A stretch of DNA of 64,000 bases from Parcubacteria group bacterium GW2011_GWA2_42_14 (GTDB lineage: Bacteria; Patescibacteriota; Minisyncoccia; Sungbacterales; GWA2-42-14), in the NCBI GenBank assembly GCA_000998135.1, contig LCCV01000004.1, positions 21,681 through 85,680 on the forward strand, written 5' to 3'. A model generated the notes under the pieces. The model did not search any database. It had not been told where the DNA came from and was given only the letters and a program-made list of their open reading frames with translations. The translations under genes and the position numbers were made by a program. Of the stretch, positions 21,473 through 31,236 are shown in pieces. Position 1 is the first letter of the stretch; each line of letters begins with the position of its first letter.

Positions 21473-23185
21473 ATGAATGATAAATATCCAATTGAAAAAT
21501 TCGCGCCCTTATTTCAGGCCGATGAATATTCGGCAGAAGAACGCTTGCTTCTTTCTCCTTTTTTCACCAATCTTGATAAATCGGTTTATGTTCCGCTTAT
21601 TTTAGCGCCCGAGCTTATCGGGGCCTTGTGTTCCAGAACCAGCCGCACGGCCGAAGACCTTCGTTTGATTTACCTGCGTGAGTTCGTGGATCCTTTTATA
21701 AATCCGGTGCGGGAAGAAAAGGATACGAATGCGTTGTGGGAAGAAAAAGTGAGTTACGGCAAAAACCTTAAGGCCTTCATTGAATTTCTCAAAGGCCATT
21801 CGGTTTTGGATATTTTTTCCAATCCCAAAGCCCGCGCCTTTTACATAAAGTGGCTTGCCGAATACGGCGATGATTCCATAGCCCAGATGGCGGGCGGCCA
21901 TTTGATTTTTTGGGGATTGTCGCAATTAGCTATCAAACATTTTGAGGGCCAGCGTATTGCTTTGGCGCCCATTGAAAAATCAACCCGCTATGTTGATTAT
22001 TCTAAAAAGATTAAAGGGCATTATTTGTATTATACTGACCCGACGTTCGAGGACCTGAACCTTAAAAATGATTATGAAATGGCTATGGACGGGCTTTTTG
22101 ATACTTATACCGCTCTTTTGCCGCGTTTGATTGAACGGCTGTCCAAAAAATATCCTGAAGAAAAACCGTATGTTTTGAAAGCAAAAGCATTTGATACCCT
22201 GCGCGGGCTTTTGCCTGTCTCAACCCTTTCCCAGGTTTCTTTTTTCGGAAACGGCCAGTCGTTTGAACACATGATCAGCCGGTCGCTTCGCCATTCATTG
22301 GGGGAAATAAGGTGGGCGGGGGAGAGGGCGCTGGAAGAATTAAATCAGATAACCCCTTCGTTTTTGCGAAGAGTAAAGGATGATGAGAAAAAAGCGATAG
22401 TTGGGGCGTATCAGGAATATTTAGCAAATAAAGGTAGGCGGGTAAAAGAATTCGTGCCGCGTTTATTTGAAGATAATTTGGTTTCCCCGATGCCGGATGC
22501 GGATGTAAAACTTGTTGAATATGACTCGGAAGGCGAATCTAAAATTATCGCGGGGATTCTGTATTCCAGCCCCAATAATCACCGAAGTTGGGATGAATTA
22601 TTAAGCAAGGTTTCGGGAGTGAGCAGAGAAGAAAGGCGGGCTATACTCGCGGCTTATTTGGACGGAAGAGCGCAAAGATGGCAGAAAGTCGGACGCGCTT
22701 TTGAAAACGCATACGTGAGATTTGAAATAACAATGAATATCGGAGCATGGCGCGATTTGCATCGCCACCGGATGCTTACGCAAATGCGCCAGAATTTTTC
22801 CTGTTTTCACGGCTATGATCTTCCCCAAGAAGTCATTGAGGCGGGGTTTGAAGCGGAGTTTCGAAAAGCGATTGAACGCGCCGAGAATGTTTTTTCCAAA
22901 ATATTTAAGCGCGATGAGGACTTGGCGCAATATGCGGCAACGTTTGCCCACCGCCTCCGTTTTATGCAATGGGAAAATTTGCGGGAGTGTTTCTGGGAAA
23001 TGGAACTTCGCACCATTCCCGAGGGCCATCCCGATTACCGCCATATTGAGCAGAAAAAATTCAAGCTTGTTGAAAAAATATATCCGCTTATTGCCGAGTA
23101 TATGCTTGTGAATATGGGAGAATATGATTTTGCCAGAAGGGGGCAGGAAGAAAAAATTCAGAAAAAAATGGAAAAGTTATTGTAG
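21473..23185 (+). CDS. thyX: FAD-dependent thymidylate synthase, tandem-domain form
   Basis: YGDDSIAQ, EKSTRY, RDLHRHR, ELRT..GH..YR; 570 aa. Confidence 0.88.
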   Translation: MNDKYPIEKFAPLFQADEYSAEERLLLSPFFTNLDKSVYVPLILAPELIGALCSRTSRTAEDLRLIYLREFVDPFINPVREEKDTNALWEEKVSYGKNLKAFIEFLKGHSVLDIFSNPKARAFYIKWLAEYGDDSIAQMAGGHLIFWGLSQLAIKHFEGQRIALAPIEKSTRYVDYSKKIKGHYLYYTDPTFEDLNLKNDYEMAMDGLFDTYTALLPRLIERLSKKYPEEKPYVLKAKAFDTLRGLLPVSTLSQVSFFGNGQSFEHMISRSLRHSLGEIRWAGERALEELNQITPSFLRRVKDDEKKAIVGAYQEYLANKGRRVKEFVPRLFEDNLVSPMPDADVKLVEYDSEGESKIIAGILYSSPNNHRSWDELLSKVSGVSREERRAILAAYLDGRAQRWQKVGRAFENAYVRFEITMNIGAWRDLHRHRMLTQMRQNFSCFHGYDLPQEVIEAGFEAEFRKAIERAENVFSKIFKRDEDLAQYAATFAHRLRFMQWENLRECFWEMELRTIPEGHPDYRHIEQKKFKLVEKIYPLIAEYMLVNMGEYDFARRGQEEKIQKKMEKLL

Positions 23186-23293
23186 AGGAACGGGCTTTAT
23201 TTTTGACAAGCTTGATATTATATGATACATAATTTTTAGATTCTTAACATATGCTCATTGCGGTTTTTAAGAAAAAAAGGGGGGTGATGCCGT

Positions 23294-24301
23294 ATGGCTA
23301 TAGTTGCCATTGATACTCAAAAATGCATTGAAGTTGCGCGGCACATCCGCGAAAATGGCGGAGTTCCGCCTGATAGAGAAGACCCGATGCTGTATTCTTT
23401 TCCTGTCGAAATTGTCCATAATGCCTGGTTTGCTATGGTGGGTATCAACCAGCAGACAACTCCTGTGGTTGGGCTAGCTCTTCGCGGTTCGGTAAACGGA
23501 GTTAAGCTTCGCGGGTGGGACTATCTTTTACAGAAAGCCATTTTTGCGTCAAATCAAAATTACGGCATGTTCAGCGTTGATTGGTTTTTGAATGTAACGC
23601 CGGATTCTCTACGGGCGCTATATCATGACCAAGAAGAAGGCGATACGCTCAATCAGGCGGAAGCGAGGGCAATGCTTTTGAATGACCTCGGCGCTTTTTT
23701 GAAAAGAAAAAAATGGGAAAGCATTCACGAAGCATATCTTGAATCAGGAGGATATCTTGTAAGAAGCGACGGCAAGGGCATTATTCAGGTTATTGCGGGA
23801 GCAAAAGCTTATCAGGATCCTGTTCAGAAAAAGGCCTATTATTTTTTGGCTATCATGAAAAACGAAGAATTATGGCGGTATAAGGATATTTTGAATCTTG
23901 GTCCGCCGGTTAATTATCACGAACAACGGCTGCATCTTCGTTTGGGCACTATAAAAATAATTGATGCTGAGTTTGAAAGAAAAATCCGCAATCGCGAAAA
24001 TATTACCGACCAGGAAGACATTGAAATCCGTTTTGCGGTCAGGCGCGTGATTGAATTTATATCCCAGCTTCTTGAAGCAACGCCGTCTTCCGAGCATTAC
24101 CAATTATGGAACCATGCGCGCAATTGTTGTAGTCGTGATAATCCTCATTGCGCCGGTTGCGGGTCCGGATGCAAACTTCCCGAACGTTATCGTGTTTCGG
24201 GAGTTGTTCAATGCCTTTTTGCTCCGGTTTGTAAAAGCGCGGGACTTGGACTAAAGAATATACTTATTGAGCCGCGGCTTGATGATACGATTTGGCAGTA
24301 A
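23294..24301 (+). CDS. Queuosine-salvage / HhH glycosylase-like protein with Cys-rich C-terminus
   Basis: GWDYL, DPVQKKA, PVNYH..R..LRLG, EDIEIR, W...RNCC....PHC..C...C...C....C. Confidence 0.55.
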   Translation: MAIVAIDTQKCIEVARHIRENGGVPPDREDPMLYSFPVEIVHNAWFAMVGINQQTTPVVGLALRGSVNGVKLRGWDYLLQKAIFASNQNYGMFSVDWFLNVTPDSLRALYHDQEEGDTLNQAEARAMLLNDLGAFLKRKKWESIHEAYLESGGYLVRSDGKGIIQVIAGAKAYQDPVQKKAYYFLAIMKNEELWRYKDILNLGPPVNYHEQRLHLRLGTIKIIDAEFERKIRNRENITDQEDIEIRFAVRRVIEFISQLLEATPSSEHYQLWNHARNCCSRDNPHCAGCGSGCKLPERYRVSGVVQCLFAPVCKSAGLGLKNILIEPRLDDTIWQ

Positions 24302-24477
24302 GTAGAATTATATCGGCAGAAAAAAATGCCGATTTTTTTGTGGATAACTTCTTGTCTTTTTTTTGCATCTATGATACTTCTTAAATTGCGGTCTTTGACG
24401 ATCGCAACATAATAAAAGCTCTAATCTCGGCCAAACCCAAAGCTGCAAAAAGCAGCTCGGCTAAAGGAGAAAAAACC

Positions 24478-25161
24478 ATGCCTTATGTTCCCAGCGAAAA
24501 AACAGTTCCGCCGGCAGAGGATAGAAAGATTCTTGACCCGGTTATTGAAGTTTTGGCAAAAGATGCGGCATCAAAGATAACCGACAATTCGTCTTTGATT
24601 CCTCTGTACAAAAACATCTTTTGTGAGGTAGCTTGTGAACTTTGGTTTTTATTGGATGGCGAAGCTACTTCCCATATTGGTCCCGCGAGGCATCTTGCTA
24701 GAACCATTTATGATGTAGCTAAAAAATATGGCTATTGGGGAGCGCATCAAGGCGAATTAAATTATTCAATTACTCGTTTTATCCAGCGCGTTCCGCAAAT
24801 TATGGTTGAACAAAAAAAATGGCTTGAAAAAGATGAACTTCGGTATTGGGTTTACGCTTCGACTACTGATGCTTTAATATCTGCCTCTCGGCATACGGAA
24901 GATTTGGGAATCGGTGTAAGTGGGGTTTTTGAAGATATTAAAGATGAATATAAGTGGAAAGTGAACCGGCCGTATGAGATTGCGCAGGTTATAAAGAGCG
25001 GCGATTGTTATGATGCGCCATATTATATGCGGATCGTTGAAATTGTAGATGAGGATGGAAGGCGTGTAAGTTATTTGGAAATTCCTTTACCACGAAGTGA
25101 TGAAACGCTTCATAAAGACGTTCTTGATTATGAATTGGTTTTGAGGAAAAAAACCAAATAA
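24478..25161 (+). CDS. DUF6899-like protein
   Basis: MPYV...EDR, GELNYSIT, PYE...KSGDCY pattern. Confidence 0.55.
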   Translation: MPYVPSEKTVPPAEDRKILDPVIEVLAKDAASKITDNSSLIPLYKNIFCEVACELWFLLDGEATSHIGPARHLARTIYDVAKKYGYWGAHQGELNYSITRFIQRVPQIMVEQKKWLEKDELRYWVYASTTDALISASRHTEDLGIGVSGVFEDIKDEYKWKVNRPYEIAQVIKSGDCYDAPYYMRIVEIVDEDGRRVSYLEIPLPRSDETLHKDVLDYELVLRKKTK

Positions 25162-25376
25162 TTTTTTAGCGATATGCCGCGTAAATTTTACGCGGTTTTT
25201 TTGTTGTTTATCCAAAAAAATTTAAGGCATGAACTAAAATTAACACAGTCGGCAACGTTTTTTTGCAAAATTAGTTAAGGTCTGTTACTATGTATTGTAG
25301 ATATAGAGATTGTGAATTGTGTTATGAAATGCAGTTTTTACTCGTTTCATAATTCATAATTCATAATTCATAATTC

Positions 25377-25802
25377 GTGAAAAGTGTGGTAATTTGCGGT
25401 TCACAACGATACAAAGAGGAAATTAAAAAATTTGCCAACCGGCTTAGGGAATTAGGCGTGCCTATTGTTTTTGAGCCGAATTTTGAGCGGCAACGGAAAA
25501 AAATGCTTGCGAAAGCCGAAAAAGAGCGATTGAAAATTAAATCATATAGAGACAGGGTACCCGCAATGGTGCATGAGCATTTTGATAGAATAAGAAAAGC
25601 AGATGTTGGATACTTCTATAATAAAAACGGTTATTTAGGAGTTAATTCAACGCTGGAACTCGGATTTGCCCACGGGAAAAATATGGTTATATACGCCCTT
25701 GAACCGGAAAGGGAGGTTGCCGAAGGAGGAGAAATCTGCCGTGATATTCTTTATACGGAAATAATTGAAACGCCGGAAGAATTAGTGAAGCGATTAATTT
25801 GA
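25377..25802 (+). CDS. Nucleoside 2-deoxyribosyltransferase-like (NDT fold) protein
   Basis: ICGS, HFDRIRKAD, NKNGYLGVNSTLELGFA. Confidence 0.7.
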   Translation: MKSVVICGSQRYKEEIKKFANRLRELGVPIVFEPNFERQRKKMLAKAEKERLKIKSYRDRVPAMVHEHFDRIRKADVGYFYNKNGYLGVNSTLELGFAHGKNMVIYALEPEREVAEGGEICRDILYTEIIETPEELVKRLI

Positions 25803-25958
25803 CTCGCCACAAATACACTAATGACCACTAATTACACAAATACGTATTCGTGACATTCGTGAAATTTTCGTGTATTGGTGTCGATTAATTTTTGACTTTT
25901 AAAATATTCAGCGCTACTGATAAAGTAGCTCATTTTTAATTAATGAAGGCAAAGAAGT

Positions 25959-26474
25959 ATGTCTAAAATTTGCGATAACAAAAGCGCGGGCATTATTGTA
26001 CGGAAAAACGGCAGTATTTTGATGATTGAGCGAAAAAGATATCCTTTTGGTTTTGCTTTGCCCGCGGGACATCAGGACGGGGATACGCCCGAAAAAACCG
26101 CGGCTAAAGAATTGTCGGAAGAAACGGGATTGATTGCTGATAAATTGGAAAAAAAGCTGGAAATGTTTTTTAAGAATCCATGCAGGCGTGAAGGGTGAAC
26201 ACATCACGATTGGACGATTTTTGAGGCGAGCCGCTGGCATGGCGTTTTAAGGCCCTCGGACGAAGAAACCAAAAAAGTTTTTTGGGCCGATAACCTGGCG
26301 ATTTCCGGCCAGACAGCGCGATTTAAAGAATTTATGGGTAAAATCGGCATGGCGGTTGATTCTGAAAAGTTGCCGGAAATGACAAAATTGTTCAGTGAAA
26401 ATGAGTTATGGAAAGAAAATCCGGGTCTTGAGCCGGTAATGTATTTTTTGTTTAAGGAATTGGGAATTATTTAG
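25959..26474 (+). pseudogene. NUDIX hydrolase interrupted by one in-frame TGA (26196-26198)
   Basis: NUDIX box AGHQD...AAKELSEETGL; the frame continues after TGA (THHDWTIFEA...WKENPGLEPVMYFLFKELGII) to TAG 26474, then a terminator. Confidence 0.8.
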
Positions 26475-26489
26475 GCGTAGAAATTTTAG

Positions 26490-26528
26490 GGCCCGGCCTT
26501 GATTTAAAAAGGCCGGGCCTTGTTTTTT
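26490..26528 (+). terminator. Intrinsic terminator
   Basis: GGCCCGGCCTT / AAGGCCGGGCC stem followed by a T-run. Confidence 0.75.
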
Positions 26529-26674
26529 GGGCGATTCCAATTTACGAATATCACACAAATGGCTCTAATATTTATTCGAGTCATTTGAGTTAATTTGGGT
26601 ATTAGAGTCGCTTTTTTGACTTTTTAATTTGATGATGCTACTTAATTGGTAAGCTCTTTGAAAGGAGGTATCCT

Positions 26675-27433
26675 GTGTCATACAAAAAGATTTTCCAGTA
26701 TCTTGACCGTGAGCAAAAAAATAATATTTTTAAATTGCTGAAAAAACATAAGAAAAGTTTGAAAAAGATTTTTATTGTAGTGTTTTATTCCATCGGTTCA
26801 ATACAGAATAAATATCAGGAGCGGCCCGGAGATAAAGGAAGGAACGGTGATTATGGGAGACGGTGGCGACAGGCCTTAGATAGATTGGTTGAAGCGAGGC
26901 AAGAAGAACTCATTAAATCCAGTGTTTTATTGGTTCATATTGACCCTACGAAACTTGATGTGATAGTTGCCAAAAAATCAATGCGAATTCTTCAGCCTCA
27001 GCTTAGGTCATTGCAAAAACAATTAAAGCTGGACCAGCTTCACAAGGCATTCAGCCCTATTAAGAAAAAAGAGTTGGAAGTGCTTTTGATGCGTGAAAAA
27101 AATATATTGGTTGTCGGCTGGATTCATTTGGCGGAAATGTATGTTTCCGGCGGCTCGGCCCAAGAAGTGATTGTGGCGGAATTGTTCGGAGTTCCCCTGT
27201 ATTTGAATTCTTCCGAAGATGTGGTGCAAAATTATAAATCCCGCCATGTTCTTGACAGTATTGCCGCAAGTAAAAAAGATGTGGTTAAGAGCCGCAATAT
27301 ATTTTATAACGCGGAAGACACTTTAAATAAGATTATTAAAGATATACCGCGTATCCGCCGGGAAAGAAGCATTCCGGCGCTGGGAAAGCTTTTTGTATAC
27401 GCGTGGAACAGAAAAATGACGGCTTTGAAATAG
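26675..27433 (+). CDS. Hypothetical protein, possibly NDT-like fold
   Basis: GTG start with AGGAGG; YSIGSIQ...WR, SGGSAQE...A...GVPLY. Confidence 0.55.
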   Translation: MSYKKIFQYLDREQKNNIFKLLKKHKKSLKKIFIVVFYSIGSIQNKYQERPGDKGRNGDYGRRWRQALDRLVEARQEELIKSSVLLVHIDPTKLDVIVAKKSMRILQPQLRSLQKQLKLDQLHKAFSPIKKKELEVLLMREKNILVVGWIHLAEMYVSGGSAQEVIVAELFGVPLYLNSSEDVVQNYKSRHVLDSIAASKKDVVKSRNIFYNAEDTLNKIIKDIPRIRRERSIPALGKLFVYAWNRKMTALK

Positions 27434-27568
27434 TTGCAAAAAACGCTCGTAATTCTGCGGGCTTTTTTTATTGAATGGAGTGTGATATGCTTTAGAGACA
27501 AGTGACATGGGACATGCGACAAGGAAAATTAAACCCTTGTCTCCTGTCTCTTGTTTCATGTCGCTAAG

Positions 27569-28027
27569 ATGAAAAGCATTGTATTCTGTTCCAGTCAAAG
27601 ATTTAAGAAAGAGATGCGCGAATTTATTTTTGATTTGCGGAAATTATCCCAAGAAAAAGGGGCGCATCTTGTAATTTTTGACCCGGAATTTGAAGAGAAT
27701 CATGACTCGCTTAATTCCCTGCATGAAAAAGACAGGATGCGGAATGAAGAATATAAAAATACCGTTGCCGGAAGAGTTTATGACCATTTGTTCAGAAAAG
27801 TCCGGGTGGCGGATGTTTGTTTCATTTTTAACAAAGACGGGTATCTTGGCGCCAACACCAACGGCGAACTTTTTGCCGCGGCCGCTTTGGGAAAAACAAT
27901 TTATGCTTTGCACGAAAAAACTATGATGGGTCACTATCCGAATGATTTGTATGAGGAGCCGTCATCAAGAAAGCTGATTCATGAAGTTGTGGAAACGCCG
28001 GAGGAGTTGTGGAAAAGAATGGTTTAA
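27569..28027 (+). CDS. NDT-fold protein, paralog of 25377-25802
   Basis: MKSIVFCSSQRFK, KVRVAD, NKDGYLGANTNGELFAA, ETPEEL.KR. Confidence 0.7.
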   Translation: MKSIVFCSSQRFKKEMREFIFDLRKLSQEKGAHLVIFDPEFEENHDSLNSLHEKDRMRNEEYKNTVAGRVYDHLFRKVRVADVCFIFNKDGYLGANTNGELFAAAALGKTIYALHEKTMMGHYPNDLYEEPSSRKLIHEVVETPEELWKRMV

Positions 28028-28086
28028 TAGTTTTATGTCTTGATAGTATAATGGCTGTATTAGGTCTTTGAAAAGGAAAAAATATC

Positions 28087-28248
28087 ATGCCGCCGCCGCA
28101 ATTTTATATTCAATGGATAATAGCCATGGTTGGAGTTTTAATCGGCGGTATTGGCACTGGTTTGATTTTTCAAGGGTATTTAATTTTGGGGTTGGTGGTT
28201 GGCGCGATAGGATTGTTGATTTTTAATAAAGCATTAAGGCGTTCATAA
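28087..28248 (+). CDS. 53-aa two-helix membrane protein (below the ORF-track cutoff)
   Basis: MPPPQFYIQWIIAMVGVLIGGIGTGLIFQGYLILGLVVGAIGLLIFNKALRRS; TATAAT and AAGGA upstream. Confidence 0.6.
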   Translation: MPPPQFYIQWIIAMVGVLIGGIGTGLIFQGYLILGLVVGAIGLLIFNKALRRS

Positions 28249-28311
28249 AGAACGCTTTTTTTATTGGTTTTTTTATGGTATTTTAATAATGAGGATTAAG
28301 TTATATTAGTT

Positions 28312-28389
28312 GTCATCCTGAGGCCGTAGAGGCCGAAGGATCTCTTATTCGATTATTTTTTAGAGATTCTTCGCTTCGCTCAGAATGAC
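28312..28389. repeat. GTCATYCTGA...TCAGAATGAC REP-like palindromic element
   Basis: Further copies at 42338-42428 and 44188-44268. Confidence 0.8.
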
Positions 28390-29968
28390 GTCAGAAAAAT
28401 TGGCAACCTATGCGCCAGTAATCGGCCTAGAAATTCACGCTGAACTAAACACCAAAACCAAGATGTTTTGCGATTCTTTGAATGACCCGGATGAAAAACA
28501 TCCCAATCTTAACATTTGTCCTGTTTGCATGGGGCATCCCGGAACTCTGCCCGTCATCAATCAGGAAGCGGTAAAAAAAGTAATTCAGGTGGGTTTGGCG
28601 CTGGGAGGAGAAATTCCGGAATTTTCGCAATTTGACAGGAAGAATTATTTTTATCCGGATTTGCCCAAGGGGTATCAGATTTCGCAATATAAGTATCCGC
28701 TTGTTCAAGGCGGAGTTTTAGAGATTGGCGGCAAGAAGATTCGCATTACCCGAATCCATCTTGAAGAAGATGCCGGGCGGCTTATTCATGAAGGAGGCCC
28801 TTCGACAAGCCCAGGGCGACAAGCTTCGCTTGTTGACTTTAATCGCGCGGGGCGGCCTCTTATGGAACTCGTAACCGAGCCGGATTTAAGAAGTGGAGAA
28901 GATGTTCGTGTTTTTGGGGAAAAGCTTCAGCAGATTTTGCGGTATGTCGGGGCTTCAAACGCTGACATGGAGAAAGGCGAAATGAGGGTTGAAGTGAATA
29001 TATCACTTCGACAAATCCCAAATCCCAAATCCCAAATCCCGAATAAATCCGAAATTCAAAATTCAAATGACCCAAACACCTTCGGTACTAAAGTAGAAAT
29101 TAAGAATATAAACTCATTCAAATACGCGGAGGATGCGGTGAATTATGAAATTAAAAGGCAGACGGAAATTCTTGAAAGCGGAGGGAAAATTGTTCAGGAA
29201 ACAAGAGGGTGGAATGAACGAAAGGGCGAGTCATTTTCCCAACGTTCTAAAGAAGAATCTCATGATTATCGCTATTTCCCCGAGCCGGATTTGCCCCCCT
29301 TGAATATTTCCCGTGAATTAGTTGAGGAATTAAAAGGTTCATTGCGTGAATTGCCGGAAGCAAAAAAATTAAGATTTATTGATGAATATGGTATTGACGC
29401 AAAACTGGCGGAAATAATTGTGCGTGAAAAAGCGTTGGCGGATTATTTTGAAAGCGTTGTTTCGGAAGTTAAAGAATGGGAAGCTTCTACTCCAGAAACG
29501 ATTAAGGTCCAACCTTCCGCGGGAGGTCAGACCCTGAACCTTGCTCGTCTGGCAGCCAATTTTATAACTGGCGATTTTTTGAAACTTTTGCATGAAACTT
29601 CGGCATCTGTTTCGGAAACCTTGATTACTCCTGAAAATTTCGGCGAATTTTTAACATACTTGGCCGAAGACAAAATTTCTTCAGCCGGCGCCAAAATAGT
29701 TTTTGAAGAAATGTTTAGGACGGGTGCTGACCCTTCGGAAATTATCCGCGATAAAAATATGCTGCAGGTAAAAGATAGTTCGGAACTGGAAGCAATAATT
29801 AAAAAAATTATTGAAGCCAACCCCAAACCGGTTGATGACTATAAAAAAGGTGCCCAAAATTCTTTGCAATTTTTGATGGGACAGGTAATGAAAGAAACAA
29901 AAGGGCGGGCTAACCCAAAAATGGTTCAGGACCTGATTCAAAAATTTATTGAAGTCAGACTTCCATAG
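28385..29968 (+). CDS. gatB: Asp/Glu-tRNA amidotransferase subunit B
   Basis: IGLEIHAEL, DRKNYFYPDLPKGYQISQ, HLEEDAG, DYRYFPEPDL. Confidence 0.97.
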   Translation: MTSEKLATYAPVIGLEIHAELNTKTKMFCDSLNDPDEKHPNLNICPVCMGHPGTLPVINQEAVKKVIQVGLALGGEIPEFSQFDRKNYFYPDLPKGYQISQYKYPLVQGGVLEIGGKKIRITRIHLEEDAGRLIHEGGPSTSPGRQASLVDFNRAGRPLMELVTEPDLRSGEDVRVFGEKLQQILRYVGASNADMEKGEMRVEVNISLRQIPNPKSQIPNKSEIQNSNDPNTFGTKVEIKNINSFKYAEDAVNYEIKRQTEILESGGKIVQETRGWNERKGESFSQRSKEESHDYRYFPEPDLPPLNISRELVEELKGSLRELPEAKKLRFIDEYGIDAKLAEIIVREKALADYFESVVSEVKEWEASTPETIKVQPSAGGQTLNLARLAANFITGDFLKLLHETSASVSETLITPENFGEFLTYLAEDKISSAGAKIVFEEMFRTGADPSEIIRDKNMLQVKDSSELEAIIKKIIEANPKPVDDYKKGAQNSLQFLMGQVMKETKGRANPKMVQDLIQKFIEVRLP

Positions 29969-30018
29969 GTTGCCAGGGAAGTCGGACTTTCATAGTTCTA
30001 CAATAATAAGAAAATTTT

Positions 30019-31020
30019 ATGTCTTTGGAAAAATTAAAAACTTATTATTCCGAGAGCGCGGCTCGAGCCATGATTTCCGATTTTCCGGTTTGCCGGCCCA
30101 ATCAATCTGTTGAGGAGGCGCGTTCTTATATTTTGGAAGGAGCGAGGCACTTTGAAACCATTAATTATATTTATGTTATAGGAGACGATAAAAAGCTTCT
30201 CGGAACCGTTTCGCTCCGCGAACTTTTTCAGGCAGAAAAAGAGCGGAAGATTTCCGGCATCATGAAAACTGGTCCGGTTTTTCTTCATCCTCATTCTGAC
30301 CAGGAAAAAGCTGTTCTTTTGGCTTTGCATAATAATATCAAAGCTGTGCCGGTGGTTGACCAGAACCATATTTTATTGGGGATAATACCGTCCGACAAAA
30401 TACTCCAGATTCTGCATTCGGAACATGTGGAGGATCTTTTGAGGGTTGCCGGTATTACAAAATCAATTGAAGAGGTTGCGCATTTGGGCAAGGAATCTTC
30501 GTTTAAGCTCTTTGGACGCAGAATCCCCTCGCTTTTAATAGGCCTTTTTGCGGGCATTGTTGCCGCTTGGTGGATAAGCTCGTTTGAGCATATGATTGAG
30601 GCCGAGTTTCTTTTTGTCGCGTTTATTCCCGCTGTTGTTTATCTTTCTGACGCGGTAGGAACGCAGACGCAGATATTATTTATAAGAGATATGACTTTTG
30701 CCGAACTGTTTCGGACATCGTCTTATATTATCCAGGAATTGAAAGTTGGACTGTTAATATCCATTGCCCTTTCTATGCTTTTTATCGGCGGCGGATTCTT
30801 AATGGGCGGTTCCGTGCAATTTGCCGCAATATTAGTCATTACCGTCGTTTTATCGGTGTTTGCGGCCATGGCCGTATCGCTCTTTGTTCCGTGGCTTCTT
30901 ATTCGTCTGAAACATGACCCGGCCTTGGCTTCCGGCCCTTTTTCTACGGCAGTTTCCGATGTTTTTAGTCTTGTAATTTATTTCACGGTTGCTTCAGTGA
31001 TTTTGAATTTATTTTCTTAA
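30019..31020 (+). CDS. mgtE: Magnesium transporter MgtE-like (CBS pair + membrane domain)
   Basis: Two CBS domains, AVGTQ, DPALASGPFSTAVSDV. Confidence 0.88.
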   Translation: MSLEKLKTYYSESAARAMISDFPVCRPNQSVEEARSYILEGARHFETINYIYVIGDDKKLLGTVSLRELFQAEKERKISGIMKTGPVFLHPHSDQEKAVLLALHNNIKAVPVVDQNHILLGIIPSDKILQILHSEHVEDLLRVAGITKSIEEVAHLGKESSFKLFGRRIPSLLIGLFAGIVAAWWISSFEHMIEAEFLFVAFIPAVVYLSDAVGTQTQILFIRDMTFAELFRTSSYIIQELKVGLLISIALSMLFIGGGFLMGGSVQFAAILVITVVLSVFAAMAVSLFVPWLLIRLKHDPALASGPFSTAVSDVFSLVIYFTVASVILNLFS

Positions 31021-31180
31021 GACCTTTTGCAAAATAAGGATTATAGCCGAAATTTTTATGGTGAGCCCGTCGAACCATTATTCCCTGAGTATGTCGAAGG
31101 GTAATAGTTCAATAAACTCACTATAAAAATTTTGGCTTAAAATCAAGGTATGTCTTCGACAAGCCCCGTTGAAATGTGGT

Positions 31181-31217
31181 GCGAGAATAGTTTAGTGGCA
31201 GAACGACTGCTTCCCAA
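31181..31217 (+). pseudogene. 5' half of a second tRNA-Gly(CCC)
   Basis: GCGAGAATAGTTTAGTGGCAGAACGACTGCTTCCCAA parallels the intact tRNA through the anticodon loop, then stops. Confidence 0.7.
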
Positions 31218-31236
31218 TCCCCGTTAGAAATAGAAT

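Noticed and set aside
26196-26198. Genetic code 25 (TGA=Gly) or selenocysteine
   Set aside because: TGA ends well-defined genes here (gyrB, ligA, gatA); it is an isolated case, and I see no support for a Cys-equivalent position or SECIS
31181-31236. Intron-containing tRNA-Gly
   Set aside because: The break is near the usual intron position, but I found no separate 3' exon matching this half in the window
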